NCBI GenBank assembly: GCA_003344405.1
Contig: NOWV01000024.1
Span: 620,001-684,000 of the forward strand
DNA length: 64,000 nt
Source of the DNA: Trichoplax sp. H2
Taxonomy: Eukaryota
Direction: 5' to 3'
The notes beneath the pieces are model-generated. The model saw only the letters and a program-made list of their open reading frames with translations, searched no databases and was not told the DNA's origin. Each line of letters starts with the position of its first letter. Position 1 is the stretch's first letter. This document shows, piece by piece, positions 41,201 to 54,102 of this stretch. The translations under genes were made by a program, and so were the position numbers.

Positions 41201-44200
41201 TGATAATATTGGGGTAGCTGGAGCTTTCTTAATAATTTTTTGATTATTGGTATCATCTAACTTGATAAATGATGTAGAATTGGAACGATTTCTAGCTTCT
41301 TCCTTCTGTTTTTGTGTTTTCACCAGCGATTGGGAAGAATGAGCAGCTATCGATTTTTTACTAGGTTGCCCGTGGCCAGCAATAGAGCTCTGATCAACTT
41401 TAATTTTAGTTATGGGTGGCAAATTTCTGTTACTTTGCTGTATTTTGGATTGCTTCGCTTTCTCTCTCTCGATAGGATTTTGAGATTTTACAATAGCCGT
41501 TGATGTTGCATTGGTGGATAATGTTTCTTTAACTACAGGAGAAGTAGGTTTGATAGAAGGTTTTAGTAGAGAGGGATCCAAAACAGTTCCAGTCTCTCTA
41601 AAGATGCGAACTTTTGGCTTTTTCATATCTTTATTTGACGTAGTTGCTTTGGCTTCTTTATTTATATTACTGGATGTTGCAGATGAGGCATTGTTTTCGT
41701 ACTCAGAAGCTGTTAAAAATGCCGAATCGTCATCAGAAGCTGTATTTGGATATATAATAAGGCAAGTTAAAACAATTTCTTAGTGTTAAGATCGAGTAAT
41801 TGAAATGCCAAAAAATTCTTTGCTGCTGTATCAAAGCATTGTTATAGCATTGCAAGAATAATGCTAGAAAAAGCTTATATTGATGAAATATGATCAAGAT
41901 GAATACTAGTATATATGATAAAGTATAATATTGCAAGAATACTGCAAGAAATAGCTTGTAATTATGAATCTTGGTCAAGGTGAATATTAGCACATTCGGT
42001 GAAGCAAAAAGACTGTAAGAAAAAGCTCTTGTTACGAAATCACGATCAAGATAACGAATAGGACAATTTGATGAAGCTAGTATTGCAAGAACACTGCAAG
42101 AAAAAGCCTCCAATAAATAAATCAATATAAAGCTAACATATATGAAAAAGCAAAATATTGCAAGAAAGGCTTCTATTAATGAATCAATATGAAGACTAGT
42201 ACATGTGATAAAGCACAATATTGCAAGGATACTATTAGAAAAAGCTTCTGCTACTGAATTATTATCAAGATGACGACTAGGACATGTGATAAAATTTAAA
42301 ATAGATGTGGATTAGTGGTAATTTTTGATATTAGTCGTATAAAGAATGTGCTTTAAATTTTTTCTCGTAGAGAGAATTTGCTTTACCTTGTAATAATATC
42401 TTCTTTAAGTAGCGTAAAGTATTTTAAGGTAGACGATGATAGAAGGTATAAAGGATTTTATTGAGATACAAGTTACAGGCTAACAATGATATGGTTGTTA
42501 TAGATAAGGTATTTGAGATAGCAGGAATGCAGGAACTGACTAACGAGTTAGCGTACAAGGGTATNNNNNNNNNNNNNNNNNNNNTATGAAGACTAGTACA
42601 TGTGATAAAGCACAATATCGCAAGGATACTATTAGAAAAAGCTTCTGCTAGTGAATTATTATCAAGATGACGACTAGGACATGTGATAAAATTTAAAATA
42701 GATGTGGATTAGTGGTAGTTTTTGATATTAGTCGTATAAAGAATGTGCTTTAATTTTTTTTCGTAGAGAGAATTTGCTTTACCTCAGATATTGCACTTAA
42801 CGAAAGAGGAGCTTTTTAACAAACAACATGACACAACTCAAAATGCGAAGCATGGAGCGTAAGCGATGTTTTATAAAGATGGAAATATACGGAACTGAGC
42901 AAATATGATTTTGTTACTTAAGAAAAGTACAAGTACTTGAAAGATTATGAACAATATATCCCCAGAAGCTTTCTTGTTATAAGATACATGATGCTAGCAA
43001 TAAATTGCTGTACTGATCACATAGATCTATTTTTTACCTTTAGGGGTGTCCTCTTGTTTCTTCTTAAATAAGCTAAACCTTCTCTTTCTACTTTTGCTGA
43101 GTGATTTCTTCTTTTTTTTCTTTTTCCTTTTTACTTTTTTGTCAATATTTTCGTCGTCAGTTGATGCTTGAATTTTTACTTTTTTATACTTTGATTTATA
43201 CTTTTTTGCTGTAAAATTATAGTCAATAGATAAAAAATAATTATTACCTTTACATTAGAAGAAATCTATGGATAAAATCAATGTTTAATTCATTTATATC
43301 ACCGGTGCCAGCTATAGCCTACCTCGATGCTGATGGTATTGAATAACATCATTTTCTACCAGTTCAAATTCATCAGAATTGAAATTTTAGCGTAAAAAAG
43401 GTATTGATCAAGAAAATACAGAATGGTATATTATACTATTTTGAGCTCGCGAAAATGTAAAATAGTGAATGGTATTTTATGTCCATTAATGCTTATTCAA
43501 GTGTAAAATAGAGCTGAAAGAAGCCCATTGATCATAGAAGATAATGTACCTGAGGAACTGCTAGTGCTTGATAGCGTATCTTTATCCGGATCATCACTTA
43601 ATTGACGAACATCAACCATTTCAACTTCTGTTTTAAATCATCATTGGAAAATATTTTTAGACAATACATAAGCTCGCTTTAATTCTAATATTACTCCTAT
43701 TTTAGCTATGGGATTAAATAAATTAGGATTATACCTTCCAATTCATCTTTATCACTATCTTCTAGACCGCAGCCGCAGCAGCTACAGCAACAACAGCCGT
43801 TGCCTAATTAAAGAAGATTGCAACAAATTAAAATAGCACCATACAAGTTCAATTGCTGCAGTGCAATACCGGATGGATAATAACCAGGATATGCATCCGA
43901 ATAAAAATGATTTGGTTACAGACTATTGGAGATTAACTACAAGATTAATTTGACAAAGCTAAAGTTTGACCGCAGAGTACTTATGTTCACCTGCATTGTC
44001 TTCAGCTGAACAAAATTTTCTTTTCTTACAACATCTAGGACATATAATGTCACAGTAATGACCAATATTTTGGCATAGGGGACTTTCATTGTAATAGTTT
44101 CTTATTTTCGCACCTGTATAATTGAAGCAACGATTGGAAATGAAATGGTAGAAGTACATCGTAATGAGTTTAAAAATTCTTCAACACTGAATTTTGAGCC

Positions 44201-47200
44201 AAAATTTATCTTAATTAGATCATGTCGTGTGACTAACAAATATCAATAAATAAACTCACTTAACGACCGTATGCATGGACTAAATATTTCCACCGCACCA
44301 AGGACTATAAACATGTTGAGTGTTAAATAGAAGGTAGATTGATTAGTAATTGACTATATTAGATTCGTAGGCCTTCAATTAACGAAACAGGAGCCAGAAT
44401 CATGAATTAAAAGTAAAATGAATAAAATACAAGGAGATATGATCTCTTATAAATAGAAAGGATTTGTATCGATTCGTAAAATTTAAAATTAAATACTTAA
44501 AAAATACGATGATTTATATAGAAGAATGATTTGATCAAAACTTGTTTTATTCACCGTTCAACCCAAATAAGTAGGAAAATGATAAAAATACTTAATAACT
44601 ATGATAATTAAATAAATGGGGAATCATTTTTAATATTTGGATACAAGAAATCGGATCGATTTGTAAATTTACAATTGAAAGTTGGAATTAGAAGAAAAAT
44701 GAAAAATAATTGCAACATTTATTTGAATTATTTCAAAAAATTAAGTAAATATAATATCATTTCTAGTATTTGGATAAAAGAAATCATATCGATTCGCAAA
44801 ATTTAGAATTAAAAGTTAGAATTGAAAGAAAAATGGGAAATAATTTATGAGTATACTTGTCTGATTATTTCAGTTGAGAAAAGATGTCAAATTACACTTC
44901 ATTAATCACAAATAAAAGCAAGATTTTGTCTTGTGAATATGGTAAGACTTACTTATTCCGCATAGTTCGATAACTTTAGCAGGATCACTATCGAAGATTT
45001 CATATTTGTCATATTAAGTTATTAAAACAGGCTTAATTTGATTTTAGATTAAATTTACTAACATTTTGTAATTGAAATCATTATAAATTATTATTGCTTA
45101 CGTTATTAATTTTACCAAGGCTAATCCAACTGCTGTAGCAGCAACACCTCCTGCAACACCTCCAGCTATTTGTTGTGCAGCTGAAATACCTTGAGCATAA
45201 ACTAATTCACGACAGTGGCTCATCAAATATCTTATTAGTGCAAGAGTGAAATATTAAATGAGTAATTACAGATGAAAGCTGATAGAAAGGACTATACCTG
45301 TCACGTTAACTGGTAAGCTCTCAGCACCATAAATAGCAGCACGAGTGGAAGCTTTAACCTATAAAAATTATCATATTCTTATGGCATCTCAATTTATAGA
45401 ATCGGTATCTCGTATTAAAATGAAATTTGAAGTTACGTGTAAATTTATTACTTAAGATTCAGAATGTTAAATTTACAAAGTCAGTAACCCAACTAATCTA
45501 TAACGAACACTTTATGTTTAATTTTTAAAGGAAAAAATGCAAAATAGAAAGCTCTTCATTTAAAATCTGTTAGTCTGCTCGAATAGGCTGCATTAATTGG
45601 TCCCTTAATCACGATAATGCTATCGACTTACAAATATGATATACGATATTATATTTGAGTAGTTTCAAAAAGATTTCTATTAGTTTTAATTAGAATTACA
45701 CATTTTTGTGTATGCTAAGTCCTAATACAATTTGAAATTAGTCATAAAAGGACACATAATATAATTCAATATTCAAACATATTTTAAGGAAGTTTTCATT
45801 ATTTCGAATTAATTCTAAAGGTTTGCATAATGTATTTATGAATTTGGCATAGCCGGCCAATTTTACTCAGGCACTTGCTGCCTGGTATATGAAAATTTTT
45901 ATCATTAATGTCTTTCAAAAAGGAATGAAAATGTTCTTATTTATGGAAAAAAGTCGTCACCTGTAAAAATTCCAGTATATTATCTCTTTTTCGCAATAGA
46001 TTTTAGCGACAAGGCAAAATATGGCGAATGTAAATTGAATAAAATCAAACTTGTATGATGTAATGATACTAATTGTTTCATAACTATCCCATATTTGGTA
46101 GATATTCCTTTTCTTTGCAAACGATCATTTGAACGATTGCTTTACTTTCAAAATAAAATAGTACGTAGAAATGCCTCGGATGTAAACGAAGATATTTGGT
46201 TCTAATAATTTATAATTGAACCGCGTAGACAGGATTACTAAAATTGATTATTTCATGCATTTATTACGTGTACTTATAGTAACTCTGTAAGTGGTTTGAA
46301 GTGAGTAAACATGATAACTGAAAATGATTATTTCATGCGGTAATTAGGTGTACTTACCGTAACTCTGTAGGTGGTTTGATCCTCCAGTTTACTAGTATTG
46401 AGCATGAGAATATTGCCGGAAACTATTTCTTCATAAATTTCGATCAACTTGTTGGTTACATTGGCTTTGCTTGTAGATATCAGGGTAAATTTAATAAGAT
46501 AATTTTTTATAAGCCCATTTGGCACTCCAGGTGGTTTCCAACGAATACTAACCATCTTTACATCGACTCTACTGAGTGCTTTAACATTTTTTGGCGGCCC
46601 AGGTACTAGAATTAAAAGTGGTAAAGATTATTTAAAATGTTTATATTGTACAGGTCTTTAGTTTGTTTCGATCACGATTGGTATTAAATGAATCAATCAA
46701 AATTGGCAAGAAGTATGAAGACATCCCTATACGATTAACCGTAAAATAGTATTTAAACCAAATATAAGCAGGATATAAAATTTATAGATATTTATACCCT
46801 AAATGCAATCAATAGTTACTATATTATAATTCCAAACAGGTACATATTCAGAAATGTAAATGGTATTTGTCTCAACAATACAAAGGGAGTGAATTTCGAA
46901 TCAGTAAATACTGTACAACTAGATAGATTATTCACCGGTCTTATTTTAGAGATGCATTAGAGTACAAGATATGTAAAACATATCCAGAGATTTAATGTAA
47001 GAAATTAAATCAATTAAAATTGCACAGAATATGAATCGTTATAATTATTGAATTACAGTAAGATAATATTTGAATCAGATACATTAAAAGATACTATATT
47101 TTAGAGGGGTTTATACCCTAAATGCGATCAATAGTTATTACTAAATTATCAATCCAAATAAGCGAATATTCAATAATTTAAAAGGTAGATGTATCTGCAA

Positions 47201-50200
47201 CGTCGAGAGTACATTTTAAACCGGTACCTCATATAATTGTTACCGTCCAAGTACGAAATCAGGAAAATTCGCGAAATGCCTAGTCAATTTGCAAAATGCC
47301 ATACCTCTGGTATTATTAATCGATGAAAAAACTTTAAAGCTAATGTTAAGTGTAACAGTAAATATCATAATCAAAGAACTTGTAAAAATATATTGTAATT
47401 TTCGTAATCAGAACATTATCAATTCAATAATAACTACTTAATTGATAATAGTATCTCTAAATGTTTTGCAATTACTAAATTGCAAGTTATACATGTACTG
47501 ATTATTTGAATTAGTCTATTATTACTAGTATAATCATCAGTGAAAAATAGATTCTCTGTTTTTTTAGTAATATGACTGCATGAATAATAATAATTTCTCT
47601 GATTTATAAAAGAAGACGGTTTCTCTGATTTACGGGTTTGGGTATTTTGCAGTTTGCGAAGTGACTGGGCATTCCTCAAATATTTTGAACTTCGTACTCA
47701 AACGGGTACTAATATTCTATATTTACTATTGTATAACATGGAGTACTGTGATATAGTATCAATTTATACATCTATTTCGAACGCAATCGATTTGTCTATT
47801 TATGCCGGTAAAATCGATCTCTCATTTTAGTCATACTTACCTCCATCATTCGTAGTAACTAGAATTGTTTGACAAGGTAGTTTTCTTTGCTCAATATTTC
47901 TTAAATAGGCTATTGGAGTTACTCTCATCCAGTAGGTAGTAAAAGGTTTTAAATTACTAATCTTATAAATTTTAGCAATTGTCATATTTTTAATTATTGG
48001 TCGAAATCTCCTTGCAAAATCATTTGTCGATATCCCGGAGCAATTAAAGCATTCCAAGTCGAATATGAGTTTATCCTTTAGTTCTTCAGCGATGTAACCG
48101 ATCCTCAAGTCTACGCTCTGATTATGCTTTCGAAGATAGGTTAAAGGGCAAGTTGGAATATCTAATGATAATCATTTGGAGATAATTAAAATATCAGTCA
48201 TTTAGCTATGGAGGATCTACCAAAATTATTACTCTATCCTATTATGTTGGACTAGACTTCTATTCTCAATTTATCGAGTAATGTCAAGTCACTATGTCGC
48301 TTCTAGATACTTACTAATACATAAATTGGAGATATGCATCACTTTATCTCGTGTGCACAGACATTTTTTTGATCCAGTTACGATCGCAACGGTCCCTAGT
48401 GGACATTTTTTACATGGATTGGAGGAGATATCCGGCTTAAAGTAGTTAACAGGACAATCTAAAGGATAGGTTAAGGATAGGTTAATGAAAAATTTACTAA
48501 ATTGGCTTAAATGCCCCAAAATTACATCATTTTAGACGTCTAATTGTCAGATAAGATTACAAATACATTTTACTTTGTATGTTTTAGACTTGATGTAGCA
48601 GCTGGCTATTACATTTGGATATTTTTACACACATTTAATGAAATTTTGAGCTGTATCAGATCTTATCCGTTATTAGAAAGTACTGTATATTAATTATATT
48701 CGTTATTTTAAAATGGGATTCTAAAAGAATAGCTGAAGGTAAGCTTATAATGTATAAAGTCCTAGATTTCTTGTAAGCCAATAGACTAAACATTAAAATG
48801 TTGCAGCTCTTTGTGACAGTGTTATATACTGTATTAGAGTAGAAATATCTATGTTAGGATAATTCTGTTAGCCTATCCTTATTTAGTTAACTTCTAATTT
48901 GGATATACTGTGCTTTAATATAGCATTGACTTTTTATGACCGAAACACATATACACGTACTGAAATTAATAGTTATAATAGGGAATGCAAATCATCTACT
49001 TACAATTCGAATCATTGTGATTGTAATTTACTTATAGCAGATTGTAAATTATCATGGAAATGTTCCGTGATAGAACATATCGTAATCTGACTATTCTGTA
49101 TTAGTCATTACATGCCTATGTTCGTAAATATTGTTATCTGCATTAAGGGAGCAGTAGCTAAAATTAATATCTAATTCAGCAAATGATTCCAAAGTTAATT
49201 GTATTATCTATGACTCATGAAGTATTGAGGAATAGTATGTAAATGCAGTATATCGTGAAATAAAGTGGATTCTCAAACTTAGTGTTCAACGTAAAATACG
49301 AGGCGTCTAAGTCTTTGTGTAGTCTGCTAGTAGAGCAAAAATTGTTTCTGATAGTGCAGATATCATTCCTTGATATGTGGTTCAAGGAATTGACTTATTG
49401 ATCGTACATTACGTTATCTTGTTGCAAAGCTGTTTTATGACACTCTTTTAAAAATGAATAAGTTGCTTCTATTTAGATCAATATTAATTAATATCATTCT
49501 AATCATTAGGGAATACTCTTATATTAATAATGTTTATTTTAAAGGGCATGCTAAAGCTATAAGTGAACTTAAGCCTATTCAGTATAAAGTCTTCAATTTC
49601 GAGTAGGTCAGAGTACTAAATGTCTATATACCGTAATATGGTCTAGAGACTTGCTCCGAAATGAAAAAGTTGTATCTACTTTTAATCTACGCGTACATTA
49701 ATCAATATCATTGTAATCACTCGGAAATACTCGTTTATTAATTATGTTCGGTTAGCTTAAAAATGGTTTCCTAAATGCTATTTTTGACAGTAAGCCTATA
49801 TTGCATAAATGTATTCGATTTCGAGCAAGCCAGTAAACTTAATATAAAATATAGAAGCTTCTTTTGGAAATGAATAAGTTGCTTCTATTTTTGTCTACAT
49901 TAATTAAGATCATTCTAATCATCAATACCCTAATATTAATATTATTCGCTTTTTAGAGGGTATCCTAAAAGTTATAGCTGAAGGTAAGTCTATGCTGTTG
50001 TTACGATGCGTAATTTCTGACGAGACTATAAAAGGCTGGTGCCTGAAGATCCTTTTTAGTTAGTTAGTTAGTCGGTTGGATAGTCAACTAGTTTTTCAAT
50101 TGATATTTAATTGTAAAGTCTATAATCTTGGGTGCCGAGATTTCTTCAGTATTAAATGATAGTAAATCTCTGACTTTCTCGTCTACACTATCTATGACGC

Positions 50201-53200
50201 TATAATTATACCATAGTATTCGGTCGTTGGAACTGAATTATTTGGTGATATAGCTAATCTCGCCTCTTTAAGTTAGTAAGTGGCGTTCTCCGCAAGGATT
50301 GGCGTGTATAGACTACTTTGTCACTAGTGGTGTGTGACAGCTGTATAAAAGTCTTCGAATTTCAGCAGGCCAGCAGACTGAATATTTAAGTTTAGAAGTT
50401 TCTTTTGAAAAGAATAAGTTACTTCTACTTTAATCTAATTTATTTAATAACGTTCCAACTGTAAGTACTATATGAGAATGATGGCCATAGCTTGTGCCAG
50501 AATAATTCTTTAATAACTATTTTAAGTTAAAAGACGGCAAGTAGTTTTTTACTGACCATAGCAAACAGGCGGAAGCCCCTCTTGAATGGATCGTCTGTCT
50601 TTACCAGCAGCACAAGGACAGTTATTGACATAATTGATATATTCACCATTTGCGGTACATTCCGCTGTGGGTTTTATCCCATCTGCCGATGAAGCTGAGG
50701 TACCGCTACATCGACCCTGTACAATTATTGATTTACTAGCTGGTGCTATAACACGTGGAAATGATGCTTCGCCATAATTTGTTTCGGGACATACATAGTA
50801 CCAAATGGTAACTCTTCTAACATTGGTACATGTCCCGCGATCTTCAATATTGAAATACTTGCCGCCATAGTTTAAATCAGAATCATCAATGATTACTTTA
50901 GAAGCCACATTAGCTGGAGGTCTTCGACTACTATCCATATATGTAGTCGGCTGTTGATTATTGGTTGTTCCACTATCCTGACGCGTCAGGAGTAGCGTAT
51001 AAGTTAGCAGCAAGGAAGGCTAAAAGTAAAATAGATTTAATGAGTTCTCCGAACATTTCAAACTAACAAGGCTAAATTGATTATTTGGTGTCCGTTTTAA
51101 AATTGATACTAAATTATTGCAAGATTATTATATGATTACTCAAAATTGTTAACATAGCATACTAGGCAAAGATTTCCGGACAATTTATTAGCTAATGTGA
51201 TGTAATAAACTCTCAGGGTTGAGGGGCAGTTGAAGAAATTAGCTGGGCAGTTGATAGTGCTCTCATAATTCAGGTTGAAATAGATTGCTTTTACACCAGG
51301 AATTTTGGGAATAAATGGAGATATTAGCCATGCTTGCTGCTGAGGACGTCGATTACATATTCTATAGTAACTATAAGTATTTTCCGGTGATGGCGGGCGA
51401 TAGGTAAACTAAAATCGAAATAAATAAGAAAAATAATACATAATCATTTTCGTAAATAGTCGTTACGGAAATTAGGATAGTATCAAAATTATTGAAGCTT
51501 TTTATCCCATTATCTTTTTATAAAGAAATAAACAGGATGGAATAACGCGGTTATACAAAGATATTTATGATTAACTAGAGGCTGGTTTTAGATCATCAAT
51601 ACAGTAGAGAATATCGATATAAATGAATTAATGAATTACAGATTTGGTCAATTTTGAATAAAACAATAATTATGACGTTTGATATCAGAGTGAAAAATTG
51701 TTAAATATTTCTAGTAAATAACACCGGAAGATGTGTACGATAAAACTGAGGGCTGGTTTTAATTCATTATTACAGTAAAGAATATCGATAGAAATATATT
51801 AATGAATTATATATTTGTTATGTCGTTTAGAAAAACAATAATTATGATACTTGGTATTAGAAGAAAAAATTGGTAAATATCTCGATTGCATAACGCTACA
51901 AATGAATAAATATTTCTATCTTATGACTCTGCAAGGTATGCATTACAAAATTGAGGACTGATCTGAAGGCCATTAATACTGTAAAGAACATTGATATAAA
52001 TAAATTGATGAATTACCGTTCAAAATTTCGTAAAATTTTTGAATAAAACAATAATTATGATAGTTGATATTAGTATGAGAAGTTATCGTTAAATAATTCT
52101 ATCCTATAGCTCCGAAAGATTTCAGTATAGTAATATCGATAACTGAATTTGTTAATCTTGTGCTAGGAAAGTGCTATTCGGTAGCAACAAAAATAAATCC
52201 CTGTTAAACAGTAGGCAAAAAAAATAGGCTATTACGGCATTTATCATTTAGACTAAAATTTGAGGCGGATGATGATCACATAATTTCATCGCATTTCATG
52301 AAGATTAACGAATAAAGTCGATAAATACTATCGATTTGATCTCATTCTATCATTTTATGCGCATATTAATAAATCATCCGTGACTAATTCTAGATTGAAT
52401 CAACACCATCGCAGAATTGTATCGTGCTATCTTTAATTATGATTGAGAATAAAAAATACAAACATTGACTGCTTGATTGGAATTATTAAATATAGCACAG
52501 TTTTGCCAAACTCTCCAGTTCCACGCATTGCGATAAGTATCTAGAATCGTAACTACATCAATCAGATCCGAGTAAGCATCCGAAGTCATAAACAGAAATA
52601 AAATATTGGAAATTAGTTAATGAGAACAAATAAATGCAATATCTCAGTATTGTTTTATATACAGAATTTCATGACTGAAAACTTAATTCAGGAAAGAAAA
52701 TATGTACAGGATAATGGGCTTAAAATGATGTTAAAATTACAAGAGTACCTAATACAATCGCAATCGTTTAAATTAAAAATGTAATTTTCATATAATAAGG
52801 AGAAAAATGATCATCTAGTACAACACATTTAAACTGATTGCAAGAACCTAAGCAAACATACACCTTAAGTATACTTGAATACATTCGTAAAAGTAGAATT
52901 GTTCATTTGTGCGTCTTAGTTGATTGATATGAGATTAACTCAATGTTAATTTATGATTTTGACTATTCGCTTTGCGACATAGGAGTATCTTACTGACTAG
53001 TATAACAATCCACCACATCAGTATCTTTAAAGCTTAGATTGAACTGTATTTATCAATAGAAGATGATTTGAGGAAGTGATTTCAGTAGAGAGATCCGAAA
53101 TTCATTTCTGTTATCATCAACAAGCATGTTGATAATGCATTTTACAAACAGTAGGTTTACAACATAGACGCCGTAGGTATTAACATCTTAAGCTCTCCTA

Positions 53201-54102
53201 TTGGAAGTTGGAAATTTAGTCACCAATATACCGCATAAGTCGGCTATTTAAGCTGAATACTTTATGGTAATAGCGTATGAATAAGGGTCTTTTAGTTATT
53301 GTAATCCAGTAATTATTGCTAGTAATTTGTTCTTTACAAGCTTGATGCAAAACTCACTAGGTACATGTCTTAGGGCATATCTGTATACTGCATGTATAAA
53401 TGTAGTTGCAGTAATAGGTAAGAGAGTGAATAGTAAAGATCTTCTAATACAGTAATCGAACCTATTTGCATTTATCTATCCTATAGCCTGTTGCGTAATG
53501 AGCGGAAGGAATTGAAGAAATGAAGATTGAAAGCTCAGTACTTAGTTCTAAGAATTGTTAGGTATTATCTATGAGCTAATATCGTAGTAGTGCATGCGAT
53601 AGCTTCAATAAAGGGCGAAATGAAGAATTTATAATATCTCAAGCTCTTTCAAGCAAACTAAGCACTCCGCTAGTATAAGATGGATCCTAATTGCTACAGA
53701 TTTTATCCCCAGAATTGTAAATAAGAGAATAAATGGAAATAAATATCTGTTGTCTCTCATTGATTCAATTCTTAAATTCGACATGTGCAGTAAATATATT
53801 TTGAACTCAGCTTATCACTAAGTCACTATTTCTTTAAATATGAAAATTAATATTTAAAGAATAAAAGTAATTTTCATGATACATTCAATAGCTATCATTA
53901 ACCATACTAGATATAACATAAGCTGTACTGATTTTATGAATCTTATAAATGTCGTTTATATCTCTAATTTCATTTAATCCTATATACATAAAAGCAATAA
54001 AATTCTTGATTAGACTAAAGCTATATCACCTTGATCAGCTTCGGATAGATCAAAATGCAACATAAATACCAGATTCAGAGCTAGAACTGTTGAAATGAGC
54101 AT
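38247..54102 (-). CDS. Eph-like type I membrane protein A: complete Eph ectodomain + TM + ~700 aa disordered tail, no kinase or SAM domain (~1,290 aa)
   Basis: Signal peptide exon 54102-54030 (MLISTVLALNLVFMLHFDLSEADQ). LBD exons 52552-52464 (VTILDT..W), 51408-51163 (YYRICN..QAWLISPFI..C..C..LRVYY) and 51019-50557 (YFNIEDRGTC..VTIWYYVCP, then sushi-like GRC..CTANGEY..CPCAAG). EGF-like 48458-48315 (CPVNYFKPDISSNPCKKCP). FN3 at 48161-47841 and 46605-46358 + 45358-45298. TM 45201-45102. About 16 tail exons in compatible phase, down to 38350-38247 (...RRRKHQPLN*). The terminal exon choice is less certain. Confidence 0.85.
38470..38890. repeat. Tandem repeat, ~110 bp unit, ~4 copies (last intron of Eph-like A)
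   Basis: tttatc.atg.c.ttat..ttttaatagataa.tgc.tagttt..attaatgtttat.tcgattt recurs at ~38477, 38589, 38699 and 38815. Confidence 0.8.
41845..42260. repeat. Degenerate ~70-80 bp tandem repeat in an intron of Eph-like A
   Basis: attgcaag(a/g)ata..agaaaaagc recurs at ~41849, 41929, 42082, 42156 and 42220. Confidence 0.7.
42389..42564 (-). mobile_element. Probable LTR terminus (retrotransposon fragment truncated by the gap)
   Basis: Sequence follows only one of the two duplicated copies. It begins TGTAAT on + (ends ...TATTACA on -), with AATAAA on the - strand at 42457-42462, about 70 nt from that end. Confidence 0.5.
42565..42584. other. Assembly gap (20 N)
   Basis: Run of 20 n in the sequence. 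Confidence 1.
49440..50440. repeat. Dispersed intronic repeat x3
   Basis: gaataagtt(g/a)cttcta.ttt at ~49456, 49872 and 50412, with similar upstream ttcga..g.ag..cag segments. Confidence 0.65.
51570..52080. repeat. Degenerate ~170-200 bp repeat x3 (intron)
   Basis: gagg.ctg.t.t..cat..tac.gta.agaa.at.gata.aaat.aatt.atgaatta..aaaacaataattatga at ~51577, 51748 and 51953. Confidence 0.75.

Larger units (their letters stand above)
42188..42784. repeat. Near-identical ~200 bp duplication (42188-42388 vs 42585-42784) flanking the gap; probably two haplotypes
   Basis: Both copies start tatgaagactagtacatgtg and end gagaatttgctttacct, with only a handful of differences. The second copy begins exactly at the gap edge. 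Confidence 0.9.

Noticed and set aside
41733..42218. 161-aa hydrophobic ORF on the - strand
   Set aside because: It lies in an intron over a degenerate tandem repeat, is out of frame with the adjacent exon, and has no recognisable family.
42783..42812. Possible exon ending at a GAG|GTAAAG donor next to the duplicated segment
   Set aside because: Its exit phase is incompatible with the next exon (41739 needs phase 1), and 43038 joins 41739 directly.
38247..43208. Tail exons interpreted as a separate gene from the Eph ectodomain
   Set aside because: A continuous phase-compatible exon chain runs from the TM, and the same organisation recurs in paralogue B. The assembly gap inside this chain is a residual caveat.
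41312..46609. + strand ORFs 41312-41503, 41511-41783 and 46376-46609
   Set aside because: These are antisense shadows of Eph-like A exons.
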